Positions 22,095 to 33,818 of a DNA stretch of 64,000 nt are shown here, one piece after another. The notes under the pieces are model-generated. The model was not told where the DNA came from. It saw nothing but the letters and a program-made list of their open reading frames with translations, and ran no database searches. Position 1 is the first letter of the stretch; the number at the start of each line of letters is the position of its first letter. This DNA is from Amoebophrya sp. A120 (taxonomy: Eukaryota > Protista > Dinoflagellata), in the NCBI GenBank assembly GCA_905178155.1, contig CAJINV010000002.1, positions 1,857,216-1,921,215 on the forward strand, given 5' to 3'. A program made the position numbers and the translations under genes.

Positions 22095-25000
22095 TCAAAA
22101 ATCCTCCAGTGAGGGCACTTTTGTGGTAATAAATCTCTTCGCCACGCCGAGCATGACAAAAATGTTCAGCACGAAAACAAAAAACAACAACGCAAACGTC
22201 ACTTTTATGCCGGTCTGCGCGTAAGTCGCGACGAGAATCTCCGGGTCACGGCCGTTCTGGAAAAACCGTAGAAACAGTGGGTGTGCGGATTTCACATTGT
22301 GTATCCCTTCCGCTTCCAACACCGCTAATCGGTAGAAGGGAACAGTTCTCAAATGCAAATACGTCTGGGTCTGGAAGAGTGCAGTTTTTTGCCATGCTGT
22401 TTTTGCATGACACAGTTTGTCTGTCATGGAAGCCCGAGCATCACAGATTTCGACAAGCTTCCGCATTGCTTAATCCACATGACAAATCGACCCCCCACTT
22501 TGGTGACAGGAAATGGACATGATTTGCTGCCTATGCATGAGAGATTTGTCTGTGTTGTGAAATGCGCATCACAAGTTCGCATCCTTCCAGACATCCAGGG
22601 ATATTTGCAATTTATAACAGTTGACTCCTCTATCCAGCGAACCGCGGTCCGGTCCTTTCTTTCGGCCAGTGGATTGTTGGTATTTCCCTCGTCAAGGGTG
22701 GGGTCTGATCATCGAGGGTTTATTAACGAAAGATTACTTGGGCTTTTTCGATTTTGCATTGCAGACACGTGCCTGCGTGCAAATTCTGCATGACAAAAAA
22801 TTCTACGTAAACCTACTAACTTTATAATCATACCGTATCCCTCACAGGTCCACTTAAAGCTTCCGTCGTTTCCGCAGCAATTTTATCCTGTGCAAAAGTA
22901 TCGCACTCGTAGTAATTGCAATCATGCATTACAATTTTTTTTCTGAAGGTGAATCCGCATTACAGATTTTATTTCTCATGCTGAGGAAATTTGTGATGCA
23001 TTTATACGAGTACGATACTTTTGCACAGGATAAATTCTTCCCCACCGCCCACATGTCAAACCCGCAGTCGCTCCCGCAAGACTTGTCCACGATATCGCAA
23101 GAAAAAAGTGTTACAGTTACACATTGTGTTGCAAGACCGGCAACACAGATAACTTTTCTCATGCAGGAAATGCTTGGGAGCCTCGTTTCCTTCCTGTTTT
23201 CCCTTATGATCTTCGCAATACAGGTTTTCTCTGTGACACAGAGAAAATTTGTGATGCAGAAACTCCAGCAAATGTGTAACTGTAACACTTTTTTCTCGTG
23301 ATACACGATGGGCGCCGCACAGTAGTCGTCGTGATTTTTAAAGGAGATGACTTTGTCCGTGTCTATTACCACATTGCTGCCCGAACGGAAGAAAAACTTC
23401 CCGCCGTATTGAGAGGAAAAATCCCCCCTCCCCATATTGAAACGGTATGTTTCCAAAAATTTGTGTTGCGCATTTGAGGTCACAGACCACATCTGTCTTG
23501 CAAGAAGACAAGGGCAGAAGCTTCCGCCCCATTATGGAAGCGATTTGTCATGCTGTTGGGCCTAAAGGGGGGCCGTTTGCCATGCTGAACTACTAGACCC
23601 ATACGCCCCTACCTAGCCCGGGGATCTGACCGCAGTGCTTTCCTGCAATACAAATCTGATTTGTGTACTCAAATCCAGCATCAGAAATTTCGTTTTGATA
23701 TGGGGAGGGGGGATTTTTCCTTTTGATACCCCGTCCTGGTACCTCTTTCCCTCCGTCGGGCGGCTACTCGTTGACTATCCTGTGCAAAAGTATCGCACTC
23801 GTAGTATTTGCAATTATGCATTACAAATCTACATCCCAAGGTAAAACAGCATGACAAATTTCATTTGTCATGCTACGGTAATTTGTAATGCAATTACTAC
23901 TAGTACGATGCTTTTGCAATTCATATTGACGTCGTGTACTTGATCGCGTTGGTATTTGGGTCGCGCTCGATTTTGGTGGTGAATAGTTCTCCTGAGGAAA
24001 AACGTCGCCACCCCAGAGTTGTCATGCAGATTTGCAGTTACAGGAAAACTTGTAATGCGCATCCCCATGAAAGACATTTCTAATCGTGTTGTGGAATTTG
24101 TAATGCTGTAAACAGGATAAGTGGGTGGAGGTTTTGTGAAGCGACAATACTTGCTAATCTGCGCGACAATGCAGAGAGGAACTTGTCATGCGTGACTCCC
24201 AAAACTTCTGGATTTGTGTTGCGAGATCTCCATCTTGACTCTGGAGTGGGAACGTTTTTACACAGGGTAACAATCTGGACGGATTTATTGCGTTGTACGT
24301 CGCCATTTGGTTCAGCTGGTAGTAGTATCGAATGAAAAAATGTCTGGATGTCTGGAAGATTGCCGGGTTTGTCATGCATATTTTGCATGACCCATGATTG
24401 TCTGTGATGCACGACCTAGCATCACAGATTTTTAGAACCCTTCCTAATGTCTACTCCGCATGAGAAATGCCCTCTCCGTGTAGCAGAAACTGGGCTCCTC
24501 TTGCTAGTCATGCAACACAAATTTTTTTAGAATCGAAAGACAACATCAGAAGTTGCAACCTTCCAGACCCGGACATACTTGGAATGCATAAGTAGGGGTG
24601 CAGGTAAAACCAGAAGTTCAGGTTGCCGCAGAACATGCCGAGTAAGATATCAAAGTGAAAAATGCCCAAAGTTGCAAAAGTTTCTCATGCGAAGTTTCCA
24701 AATGACGAACTTTTTGTCTTGCATGAAAGGAGTATGAATCTTTCTGATGCAGAGTCTAGTCGTATACAGCATCGCTTGCATCACAAGCGCCGCTCTTGCC
24801 GCGGTCCTTTGCAATACAAATTTTTGCTATTCACGATTGGAAACCTGTGATGCTGATAGATGCAAGATGGCGAATGTTTCATTTGGAAAGGTTTGCAATA
24901 CAAATGCTTCCAACGATTCGGGGGTGGGGGCAGTTTTCATTGTAATATAAGACGTGCGCAAAGGCCTGAAAGGCGAGGAACCACTGGGTGGGAAGCTGCA

Positions 25001-26297
25001 TGCGTCGTTTATACCGATAGAGTATGGATTGCAAAAATGTCTGGGTCTGGAGAATGCCAGACTTGTGATGCAGGTTTTGCATGACGTGCTAGGTCTCTGA
25101 TGCATGCCGTAGCATCACAGACTCTGTGAGATCTTTACCATGCCTTTTCCGCATGAGAAACTGCCTCTCGGCCTTCTCAAAAGTGAACAGCTTTATTGGT
25201 AATCATCGTTCGTTCGTATGGATCGGCTCTGCCGACCGGGTGACCCTGCGCCTAATCATGCAACGCAGATTTTGTATGATTCAGAGTTAGCATGACAAGT
25301 TGCACTTTTCCAGACCCAGACATTTTTACATTTGATATAGAGGAAGTAGAAAAAGAAGAAAACGGTGAGGGAGTTTATCGCGTGGGTCGAACTATCCAAG
25401 AAAAAAAGTGTGCAAGTGTAACTCTAACTTTTTTTTGCAGGAAAAGCATCACAGATTTGTTTTGCATGACAGAGAATAAAACCTGTCAGGCGTATGTAGT
25501 ACGCGAAAACTACACGTATGAAAATAGCGTCTGATGCACATTCATCCAGCATGACATGTGTAACTGTATTGCAGCATCTGCAAGACAAAGTCAACACACT
25601 TACACAGTTTTTTATTTCTTGCATACCAGTTCGGGATCTCCCAATACTTGAAACTGTTGAGCCAGAAGAACAGGGAGAAAACCAACCAGGGAACCGTTAT
25701 GCCGGTGAGAAAGACCAACCAGTTGACTACTTTTCTCCGGTCGCCGACGGATTTTATCTCTGGCTCTGTTCCGTGGATGTAGGCCGGCATCTTTTTTCGC
25801 AGCATGCCCTCAATGGTGGATTCCGACTGGAGCTTTATCACCTAGATGAATCATTATAGCACAGACAAATAAAAGGGTTTTTAGTTCAACTTCCCGCCAA
25901 GGAGAAACTAAATAAACACACAATGAATCCTATTGCGGCAATAAAGCCAGACAGCACAACAAATTGATTGCCTGAGGGCAACAAAAACAAAATAAACACC
26001 AGGTCGGAAATATAATCTACTTTTTACCTGTGCCATGAAGGGTAGGAATTCGGAAAAATCAATTTGCCCAGACTTGTCCTGATCCAAAGCGTCCATGACC
26101 TGCTGGAGCTCTTTGTAGCTCGGATTCTGCCCCAGCAGCCGCAAGACGTCTTCCAACTCTTCCATGTCAATGAGACCGTCCCCGGAATCGTCAAAGGCCT
26201 GAAACGCCTTGACCACGTCCTGGTACTGCTTGGGCGTTAGGCCGTACATCTGGTTCATCCCCGCGAGTGGGGCGGTCATTCCCGTCGTGTCTTCCAT
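22095..26297 (-). CDS. EF-hand pair fused to a multi-pass membrane protein with YCAAPI / WAVGKNCC motifs; about 13 exons
   Basis: EF hands DDSGDGLIDMEE and DQDKSGQIDFSE; GT-AG intron 25842-26027; removing the other introns gives FLYRYKRR, AHVLLGMFCGNLNFWFYLHPYYQL, NHDDYCAAPIVDK, WAVGKNCCG, VRWIEESTVPFYRLAV. Junctions at about 25393 and 22681-22835 are less certain. Confidence 0.85.
22347..22616. mobile_element. Introner family B
   Basis: Family B TIR (GTCTGGGTCTGGAA); direct repeat ACAGT. Confidence 0.85.
22884..23032. mobile_element. Introner family A
   Basis: TIR TATCCTGTGCAAAAGTATCG at both ends; direct repeat AATTT/AATTC. Confidence 0.95.
23093..23303. mobile_element. Introner family E
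   Basis: TATCGCAAGAAAAAAGTGTTACAGTTACACAT ... ATGTGTAACTGTAACACTTTTTTCTCGTGATA; direct repeat CACGA. Confidence 0.95.
23407..23728. mobile_element. Introner family D
   Basis: TATTGAGAGGAAAAATCCCCCCTCCCCATAT ... ATATGGGGAGGGGGGATTTTTCCTTTTGATA; direct repeat CGCCG/CCCCG. Confidence 0.9.
23776..23925. mobile_element. Introner family A
   Basis: Family A TIRs; direct repeat TTGAC. Confidence 0.95.
23988..24269. mobile_element. Introner family F
   Basis: CCTGAGGAAAAACGTCGCCACCCCAGAGT ... ACTCTGGAGTGGGAACGTTTTTACACAGG; eroded ends; imperfect direct repeat. Confidence 0.8.
24326..24590. mobile_element. Introner family B
   Basis: Family B TIRs; direct repeat AGTAG. Confidence 0.9.
24648..24947. 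mobile_element. Introner, family F-related, divergent
   Basis: TAT...ATA ends; direct repeat TAAGA; removal gives AHVL|LGMF. Confidence 0.8.
25023..25337. mobile_element. Introner family B carrying a 46-bp nested insertion
   Basis: Family B TIRs; direct repeat TAGAG; extra sequence 25207-25252 flanked by TAATCAT duplication. Confidence 0.9.
25393..25625. mobile_element. Introner family E
   Basis: TATCCAAGAAAAAAAGTGTG ... CACAGTTTTTTATTTCTTGCATA; direct repeat not preserved; GT..AG ends are available on the minus strand. Confidence 0.8.
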
Positions 26298-27756
26298 AGT
26301 TTAATATTCCGCACTTGAGCAGCTTATTTTCAGTGTGACATCAAGTAGCTTGGGTACGCTCACAGATCGAGAGTTTTACTTAATGATGTCATGCTGTTGT
26401 GCGAAGAGATGTCTTATCGTTAATATCGCGAAATAAATCGACAATATGCGCAGCTGCTCACCAACACCAACACGAGCGCAAAAATTGCAGCACCGTTTCA
26501 ATAGTTCCGCGCCTTGCGCCTGACCCTGCATGTGCATCGGGACGACGGGCACCATAGTTGCTGGTGCATGGCTGCCCTTCTCGAAGCGGCGTGAAATAGA
26601 TGAGCTATAGGAAGAAATCATGTTGATGGTAGATAAATGTGGATTTGTTTTCACTTCAAACGACACCAAGCCACAGAAGCACGAATGAATCCCCGCGTAT
26701 TAACAGCCACAGAAAAATCCCCTCTCAGAGTTCTTGTGCTAAATAAACCCACCTCAACTCGTTTTCTTGCGTTGTTTTTGCACCTGCTCATCTCGCTCTT
26801 TCATCATGGCCCCACCTCTGTGGTTACGTGCTCGTAGTTTTCCACCGCCGGAGCTGCTGGTGTAGGTCTCTAGATAGAAAGCAGCTCTTCTCGTCTGAGT
26901 TCTTGCGATATCAGGTGTGGAACAAAAACTCATTATTCCAGACACTGACACATCTTTGTTGAATCGAGCTAAGTAGAATGTTTACAGTGATGAATTTTTT
27001 GTGCATAGATGAAAATTGTACACGGTTGAGTTCTTGTAGCGGCAACAATACTACAGGTGTTGAATCACCTTCGCCTTGGTGGCCGCATCAGTCTCCAGCC
27101 CCAAGAAAATGCTTTCTGTTTTTAGATATCATACGCCATAATTCCACATACGAAAATAAAAAAGCGCGAGCATAGTACAACGCGCGAGCCCCTACTGAGC
27201 TTCATAATCGAAATTTGATGCAGTTTTTATAAGAAGTAGAGCAAAGGATCTTCTAGGGAGGCGAAAATGTATGATCAAGCTTTGCTTCTGCTCCATCCTT
27301 CTTTATGTCTTCGCTTCGTGAAGACGGCAAAAAAGATCAAAAACATCGTGTAGTAATTGCGTAGAAGATGTGATTTAGTACGAGCGCAGCCGCAGGAATC
27401 CCAAATACCGATTTTCGTTTCCGAAGGTCGAGATGAAGCGAGTAGCCTTCATCGTGTTCGTCAGGTTAAAAAAGCGACATAAAAGAATAATCATTCGTGC
27501 TGCGAGTGCGATGCTTGTTGATCATCACAACAATGCAACCCAATAGATTCGAATCTGCAGTACTATCTGTGTAGTTGTGTACCTAGTACATATATCCGTC
27601 AAATACGTTTTGTAAAAAACAAAAAGCAGCGAAGCAGCGACGCCGAGCGGATGGACCCCCGCCCGCGGCGTCGTTTCCTCCGTTGGTAGCAATGCTGCCT
27701 AAAGAACTACTACACCGTCCGGTTTGGAGCTTCCTCCACCTTCTCCGAGTTCGTTC

Positions 27757-30700
27757 CTATTTCTTAACTATGAATTGCAAAAATGTCTGGGTCTGGAAGA
27801 TTCCAACTTGTCATGGTAAATCTGAAGCGTGCGAAAATCTGTGTTGCATGAGTGCCAAAAGCTGTACACTTTTGACCAAGTTGGAGGGGGGTTTCTCATG
27901 CAGGATAGGCATGACAGAGACATCGCAGAGTCTGTCATGCTAAGTCCCGCATTCCAGACCTCACGGGTCATGGAAAATCTGCATGACAACTCTACACTTT
28001 TCCAGACCCAGACACTTTTGCATTTGATATTAATTGTAAAAAAAAGCTCCGACCACATGTTCCAACTCCACTCCCCCCGCTCCACTTCCCCATTCATAAA
28101 CATGATTGCTCCGCTCTGCACCGCGAGGAAGAAGTTCATCTCCAATAAGGCTTGCTCTGCCCGTTCTAAAAACGCCTCGCACTGCTCGTTCACACCGAAA
28201 AGTTTAAACCAGTTGAACCTTTGGTAAACCATTTGTCCCAGGAAAACTGGCTTCGAACAGAGGAAGGGGAGAATGCGTGGCTTCGCGAGGAAGCTTTTGG
28301 CGCGAGCAGCAAGGCCCGATTGAGAAGTTGCTGCCCCGGTGGAAAAAGCTCGGTCCGGGGTGGTTCTTGTGCCGGTTAAGTACTGTAAGCCCGGCACGGT
28401 TTGTTCAAGAATCGACGGATCCTTCGGAAACACTCGCATGTGTGGAAGCACCGTCCCGGCACCGTTCGCGGCCGCGGAGGAAAGCGACGTTTGCATCCCC
28501 TTGCCGGCTATTACGTCAGCCACCGTATTGTCGCTCGGTACCTCAATGATGCCGTCCCCCAGGCCCACCTGAAGTTGGTACTTGACAGGAGCACTGTGCA
28601 GCTTGTAAAACTGCACATCCAGAATTCTGTACTGCTTCTTCTTGTTTTTCCCGATGTTCATCGGCTGATGTCTCATCCCAGTAGGCTCATCATCTTTAGT
28701 ACCATCGGACGAGCTGCCAGAATTGTCGACTTGCGATGTCGTGGTCGGGAGCTGCGACTTTACCTCGTCTTCCACAAGAGTGGTCCACTCCCGCAAGTTT
28801 TGAATCTGTCGCGCTTTATCCGAGTGTTCATTTACTTCTGAAATCCGTATTAAAAGCTTTTGAAAATCCTCAAACGTGTCAAAGGTGTCCGAGGTCATCA
28901 TCCTCGTGCCGGCAAGATGAACTCCTGCATGATCTTCCGCATGATGTGCAGCTTGTGGCCCTGGCCGCCCAACAACTCCTGCATTAGAATTCAGCACTTT
29001 CTTCGGGGCGGGTTTTTGTAGTATGAAGCGGATGTGCGGAAAATTCATCTCCAGCTGTAGGTCTGTAACGAAGTTTTTCGCCTCGGTCATACTTTCGACA
29101 GACGTGGAAAAATGAAAATGTCCGTGGCTTTTTTTCGCAGTGCGCAGCGGGCCTCCACCAGTTGCGCTTGATGAAGACGATGCGCTAGCACAAGTACTGG
29201 CAGTAGACACATCAATATGGTCGTGACCCCGTCCACCCCGTCCCGGGACGAAGAGTTCCCCCGTTAGGGCATTCGAGAGGCGGATGACCACCTCCACGTC
29301 GGCCTCGGCTCGTGCTGCAGGATGATTTTGATGTTCTTGCGAAGAAGATGAAGATGAGGTAGAGGTAGAGCTACTTCTGGAGCTGCTTCCACTTCCCCTT
29401 TCTCGCCGCGGGGTTCTGGTTCTGGATTTTTTCTTCCTGTAATTTCTTGCACGAGGGGTAGTTGTAGTTAAGCCTGCTCGCCTTGATGACGACGCCCCCA
29501 ACGCCATTAACTCGAGCACGCTCGAAAACTTCGCTTTCCGGTCCTGCGCTTCCAGGAGCCGCGCTGCTTCGGCTTCCGCCTGCAAAACGGCATCACGCTC
29601 CGCAAACTCCCGCTGCAAATACGCCCCGAACTCTCGTCGATGATTATCTCGAATTTGCTCGAAGTCGTTTTCTATGCATTGCAAATATGCCTGGGTCTGG
29701 AAGAGTGTAAACTTGTCATGCAGGAGGTTTTCCATGGCCCTTGAGGTCTGGAATGCGGGACCTGGCATGACAGAGTCTGTGAGGTCCCTATCATGCCTAT
29801 CCTGCATGAGAAACTCCCTCCCATCTTGGTCGAAAGTGGACAGCTTTTGGTACTCACGCAACACAGATTTTTGCATGGTTCGGATTTAGCATGACAAGTT
29901 CCAACCTTCCAGAGGACCCAGACCTATTTGCAATCCATATTTTCGATGGCCTCCGGACGAGGACCTCCTTGCGGCCCATCAAACTCAGCCATGTCGCGCT
30001 GGATTTCTTCGAGTTCTGCCGCGTTAGGTCGTTGTCGAACTTCTTCTTGCTGCAACCGATCATACGGTTGTTGGTCCTCATTGAACTGAGCAAGAATCGG
30101 CTGTATTTGCTCGATTTCTGCCGCGTTAGGTTGTCGCACTTCTTCTTCTTCTTGTTCCCCCAGTTGCTCCCAGTCCTCGGCCGCCTCCATGTCGGCTATG
30201 AAATGCAAAAGTGTCTGGGTCTGGAAGAAGACAAACTTGTGATGCGCATTTCACAACACATAAAAATCTCTCATGCATAGGTAGCAAAAGTTGCCCACTT
30301 TCTGGCCCTAAAGTGGGGCATTTGTCATGCGGATTCGGCATTGCGGAAGCTTCTCGAAACGTGTGATGCTAGAGCTTCCATGCCAGACCTTCTGTGTCAT
30401 GCAAAAACAGCATGAGTTTTCCAGACCCAGACATTTTTACATTTGATATCGACATCTTCTTCGCCATCCACCGCGCGGTCCTGCTCTAAGTGGCCGCGTC
30501 CTCGAGCACGACCTCCATCATCTCTGGGAACGAGAGGACCAAGAGCAGCAGCATCTTCACCAACATCGTGGTCCTCCATGTGGACGAGAGGACCACCACC
30601 AACACCGGCCGAAAGCGCGGGAAGAACGGCCCGGAATGGAAGGACCAGGGACAAAAGTACTCCAGTAGAGAAGCAGGATTTTAGCCCCCATGATCCTGCG

Positions 30701-30777
30701 AACAAGGTCCGTGGTGTGGTCGTTCCAGGTAGCAGCGCGGCCGCAGGAGCTGGTGACCCCATTTTTATCTTAGTCAT
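27757..30777 (-). CDS. Hypothetical protein with hydrophobic N-terminal segment and coiled-coil/low-complexity regions; 4 exons
   Basis: In-frame joins EEDVD|MEAAE, AIEN|DFEQ and FFTI|KK* after removing three family B introners. Confidence 0.75.
27769..28029. mobile_element. Introner family B
   Basis: Family B TIRs; direct repeat TTAAC/TTAAT. Confidence 0.9.
29673..29939. mobile_element. Introner family B
   Basis: Family B TIRs; direct repeat TTTTC. Confidence 0.9.
30197..30448. mobile_element. Introner family B
   Basis: Family B TIRs; direct repeat TCGGC/TCGAC. Confidence 0.9.
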
Positions 30778-31520
30778 GATATTATACAAGTATAATGATA
30801 GATTGTGTAACTCGGCTGTAGTCCGTAGTCGTGGCAAGCGTAAATACTGGTTAGTTTGCGGTTTCTTGAATAGATTCAAAAAGAAGGAGGCTTTTGTACT
30901 GTCAGTGTTTCTGCACAAGAAAAAATATTCTGTATCATGAGCAAAAGAATTCGGTTAAAAGTTCTATATGAGCAAAACGTAAAGGCCTACAACATGTGCA
31001 AGCTCTACTTACTCTAGCAAAAATTCAGTCGATAAACAACGAGGCGCCGCTGAAGATCTGGATCGGCCAAGAAGGAGCGCATTTCATAAAAGGTGTTTGC
31101 GAAAGTTGTCTTGATGTGCGTGAATACAAATGCCGTGTCTTTAATACTTCTTCTACATGATGATCACGATCCAAAGTGGACTGCTACAGCTGTGCTGGAT
31201 CGACTTTGCTATATCGGATGAGCCTTTTATTTTTTTAGACTGCAAAAATCACACTCTACTTTTTCGGAGAGCAACAGCTCCGGCTGATCTTTTATAGGCA
31301 ATTCCTGATCAGGCAGCTCCGCGAACAACAACAAATTCGATTTCTATTCTGTCGTGAGAGGATTTTTACGGGACGAAATAAAGCGTCGTCGACCTCACCG
31401 TCGTGTGCTGCTTTGATCACCAACAAAAACAATGGCAGTATTCCAACATTGTTCATCGCAAAATAAAGTGTCGCTCATTCTTTCAATCATCGTTTTTTTA
31501 AAACCGGCAATTCGCTATTT

Positions 31521-33818
31521 TCAACTTTTCCGAAACACCGCCTGTAACCACATCCTGCGCATGACTTTGTTCTCCTTTCGGTTCGTGATCTCGCGGCAGA
31601 CTATCTTGTGCTCCAGAAGACCATCATCTTCGGAAGACGAATTCTGGCCTACTGCGAACCCCAGCTCTTTCGTGAAGATTTTCCTCTCCAGCTCCTTATT
31701 TTCGTAGTCGAAAAAGTAAGCCAGAGTGCCGTCATGGCGTTTGTAAAGGGCTTGGTGATTTTTAGCTTGTTCATGAACCACTCCAGAAGTTGTGTTGGCA
31801 GGAGGTTGAGCAGCTCCTCTGTAGCGTGCTTCCGCAGATTCTGCATGATATTCTTCACCGCCAGAAACGGAGACCGGAGAAGCAGCTGTAGTTGCATACT
31901 CATTCGCACCACAAGTGCCATCTGGCTTGCAAGCAGTCGCGGCTTTATTTTCCTCCTCGTTCTTCCTATCCGCTGCTAACATCAGACAGGGTTTGTGCAA
32001 CGGATGCTGAAATCTCATTTCCGCCCAGTCAAATTTTGCGTAGTCCCGAAACAGTAGCAAGCCCGTTTTTGGTTTCAGCAATTTCGCGATCAGTTTCGCG
32101 ACATTTTGCTGTTTTTTCGGCTCAATCGCGGACAAAACGAAGAGGAGGAGCACCGCGTCACATTTACCGAAATAGGGGGCGAGGGGGTGAGGGTGAGAGT
32201 GCTTTCCGTCCTGATTTATCTGTGTTTGATTTTGTTCTACGGCACCTTGTTTCTTGTCCTCCGGTTCCATCTCGCTCGTGGCATCGAGGACCATGGTCTC
32301 GATAACAGTGTCTCTTTTCGGATGGTCTTCTAGTTTTTCATTCAGCAATTTTATTGCCACCTTGCTGTGGTCGCAGGCGACGAAATTCCAGAAGTTCTCC
32401 CTGGGATGGATCATTTGTGTTGCAAAACCTGTGGGACTTTCTACTTTTTCATCACCGTTCAGGAGCTCCATCAGGGGTAGAATGCTGTTTCCCACACCGC
32501 ACCCGATTTCCAGCAGAAGTTTTGGCTTTTCCTCTTGCGGGGCTGCTATACCATGAGAAGGCAATATTTTGTCGTCTTGCAAATATGGCTCGACGAACTC
32601 TTTCCCGAGATAGTGCCGGTCCTTGAAGAAGTTCACCGTATTGTTTTTGTAGAAAATATCCCACTGCTTGGCCTGTTGTCTCAACAATTGGTCGCGGAGG
32701 AACGGTTTCACCGGTTTCTGCTGATAGGAAGAGGATTTCGGATTTGATGTTCCACTCATTTCACTCGTGTAGGATTTGTAGTCCTGTTTCCAACTCTCCG
32801 GCACGGTCTCATGGACGATGACGCGTTCGCGGGCGGCCTGTTCTTCGACGGCATCTTCCTGCGGGTCATCTGGCAACAAACAGCTCTCATCGGTCGCTTG
32901 CGCGGCCTTGATTACGTGGCTTGCCGGCGAATTCGGATTTGTACTACTCGCCGCAGTACTCTGACGGCTTGGCGACCAGGATGAAGTTGTGGTGGAACAA
33001 GGAGAAAAAATGGTTGCGCTTGAACTATTTAGAGGCCCTGTCCCCATTTTTACGGGCGATTTAATATTTTCTTCTGTTGCGGTGCTGCGCGACGTCGTGC
33101 TGTGCACTCTTTCACCTCGGCTGCTATTCCTGTTCTTTTCCATCTCTCGTCTTGGGTCTGGCAACAAGGACGAGGACTCCGCTTTTTCCTCCAGCATCGT
33201 GGAGATCTTCATTTCGCTTTGTCGCTGCAACCGTTCTGTTTCTACCACCACATTGTCCCTCTCTACTTGCTCCTTGTGTTTCTTCCATTCCGTTCGCGTT
33301 TTCTCGTCGAGAAACGAATTTTCGAGTAATTTCTCCCGACCTCCTTCCGCTAAGTTTCCATTCAGCTCCGCGGCATGTTGCGCGACTTTGCGTTGCATGG
33401 TTTCAGCGAACATACTATACTGGAGCTGCGCGGTTCGGAAGCCGGTGATTCTCCTTTGCAGAATATGCTGCTTCCACCGGTAAATTGAGGGGAGGAAGGT
33501 TTCGCTGCACTGACAAGCGAGTTTTTTGGTTTGCTCATCTACGTTCGCTGTAGCAAAGCATGCCAAGCTCGGTCCGTCGTTGAAGAGAAGGTCGAAAAGG
33601 ATTTTGTCCGGGAGGGGAATTGTATTTTGCTCGCCAGGTCGTGTTACATCTTGGTGAGGTTGTGCTTGTGCTACATGTTCACCTTCACATGCAGCGGTAG
33701 TCGCTTCCTTGGTGAGGTACGAATGCTCAGAAAGCCAAGTATCCAATTCGTGAATATCTGTCGACGTCCACGTTGGCAGGCCATGCTGCGAAGACGAAGT
33801 GCGTATCCGATCCGCCAT
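31521..33818 (-). CDS. METTL6: tRNA N3-methylcytidine methyltransferase (METTL2/METTL6/Trm140 family) with long N-terminal extension; no intron seen
   Basis: Motifs WDIFYKNNTVNFFKDRHYL, LLEIGCGVGN, FVLSAI, LLFRDY, DGTLAYFF, RRMWLQAVF; first ATG at 33818. METTL6 versus METTL2 is not resolved. Confidence 0.9.
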   Translation of the reverse strand: MADRIRTSSSQHGLPTWTSTDIHELDTWLSEHSYLTKEATTAACEGEHVAQAQPHQDVTRPGEQNTIPLPDKILFDLLFNDGPSLACFATANVDEQTKKLACQCSETFLPSIYRWKQHILQRRITGFRTAQLQYSMFAETMQRKVAQHAAELNGNLAEGGREKLLENSFLDEKTRTEWKKHKEQVERDNVVVETERLQRQSEMKISTMLEEKAESSSLLPDPRREMEKNRNSSRGERVHSTTSRSTATEENIKSPVKMGTGPLNSSSATIFSPCSTTTSSWSPSRQSTAASSTNPNSPASHVIKAAQATDESCLLPDDPQEDAVEEQAARERVIVHETVPESWKQDYKSYTSEMSGTSNPKSSSYQQKPVKPFLRDQLLRQQAKQWDIFYKNNTVNFFKDRHYLGKEFVEPYLQDDKILPSHGIAAPQEEKPKLLLEIGCGVGNSILPLMELLNGDEKVESPTGFATQMIHPRENFWNFVACDHSKVAIKLLNEKLEDHPKRDTVIETMVLDATSEMEPEDKKQGAVEQNQTQINQDGKHSHPHPLAPYFGKCDAVLLLFVLSAIEPKKQQNVAKLIAKLLKPKTGLLLFRDYAKFDWAEMRFQHPLHKPCLMLAADRKNEEENKAATACKPDGTCGANEYATTAASPVSVSGGEEYHAESAEARYRGAAQPPANTTSGVVHEQAKNHQALYKRHDGTLAYFFDYENKELERKIFTKELGFAVGQNSSSEDDGLLEHKIVCREITNRKENKVMRRMWLQAVFRKS

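Noticed and set aside
22924-23532. Recurrent peptides such as CKSIVLV, QKYRTR and FQTQT across many ORFs as a protein domain
   Set aside because: They are translations of introner terminal repeats.
26314-26320. GCTCAAG 16 nt upstream of the EF-hand gene ATG as a relict dinoflagellate spliced leader
   Set aside because: Only 7 nt match the spliced-leader 3' end; could be chance or just a splice acceptor.
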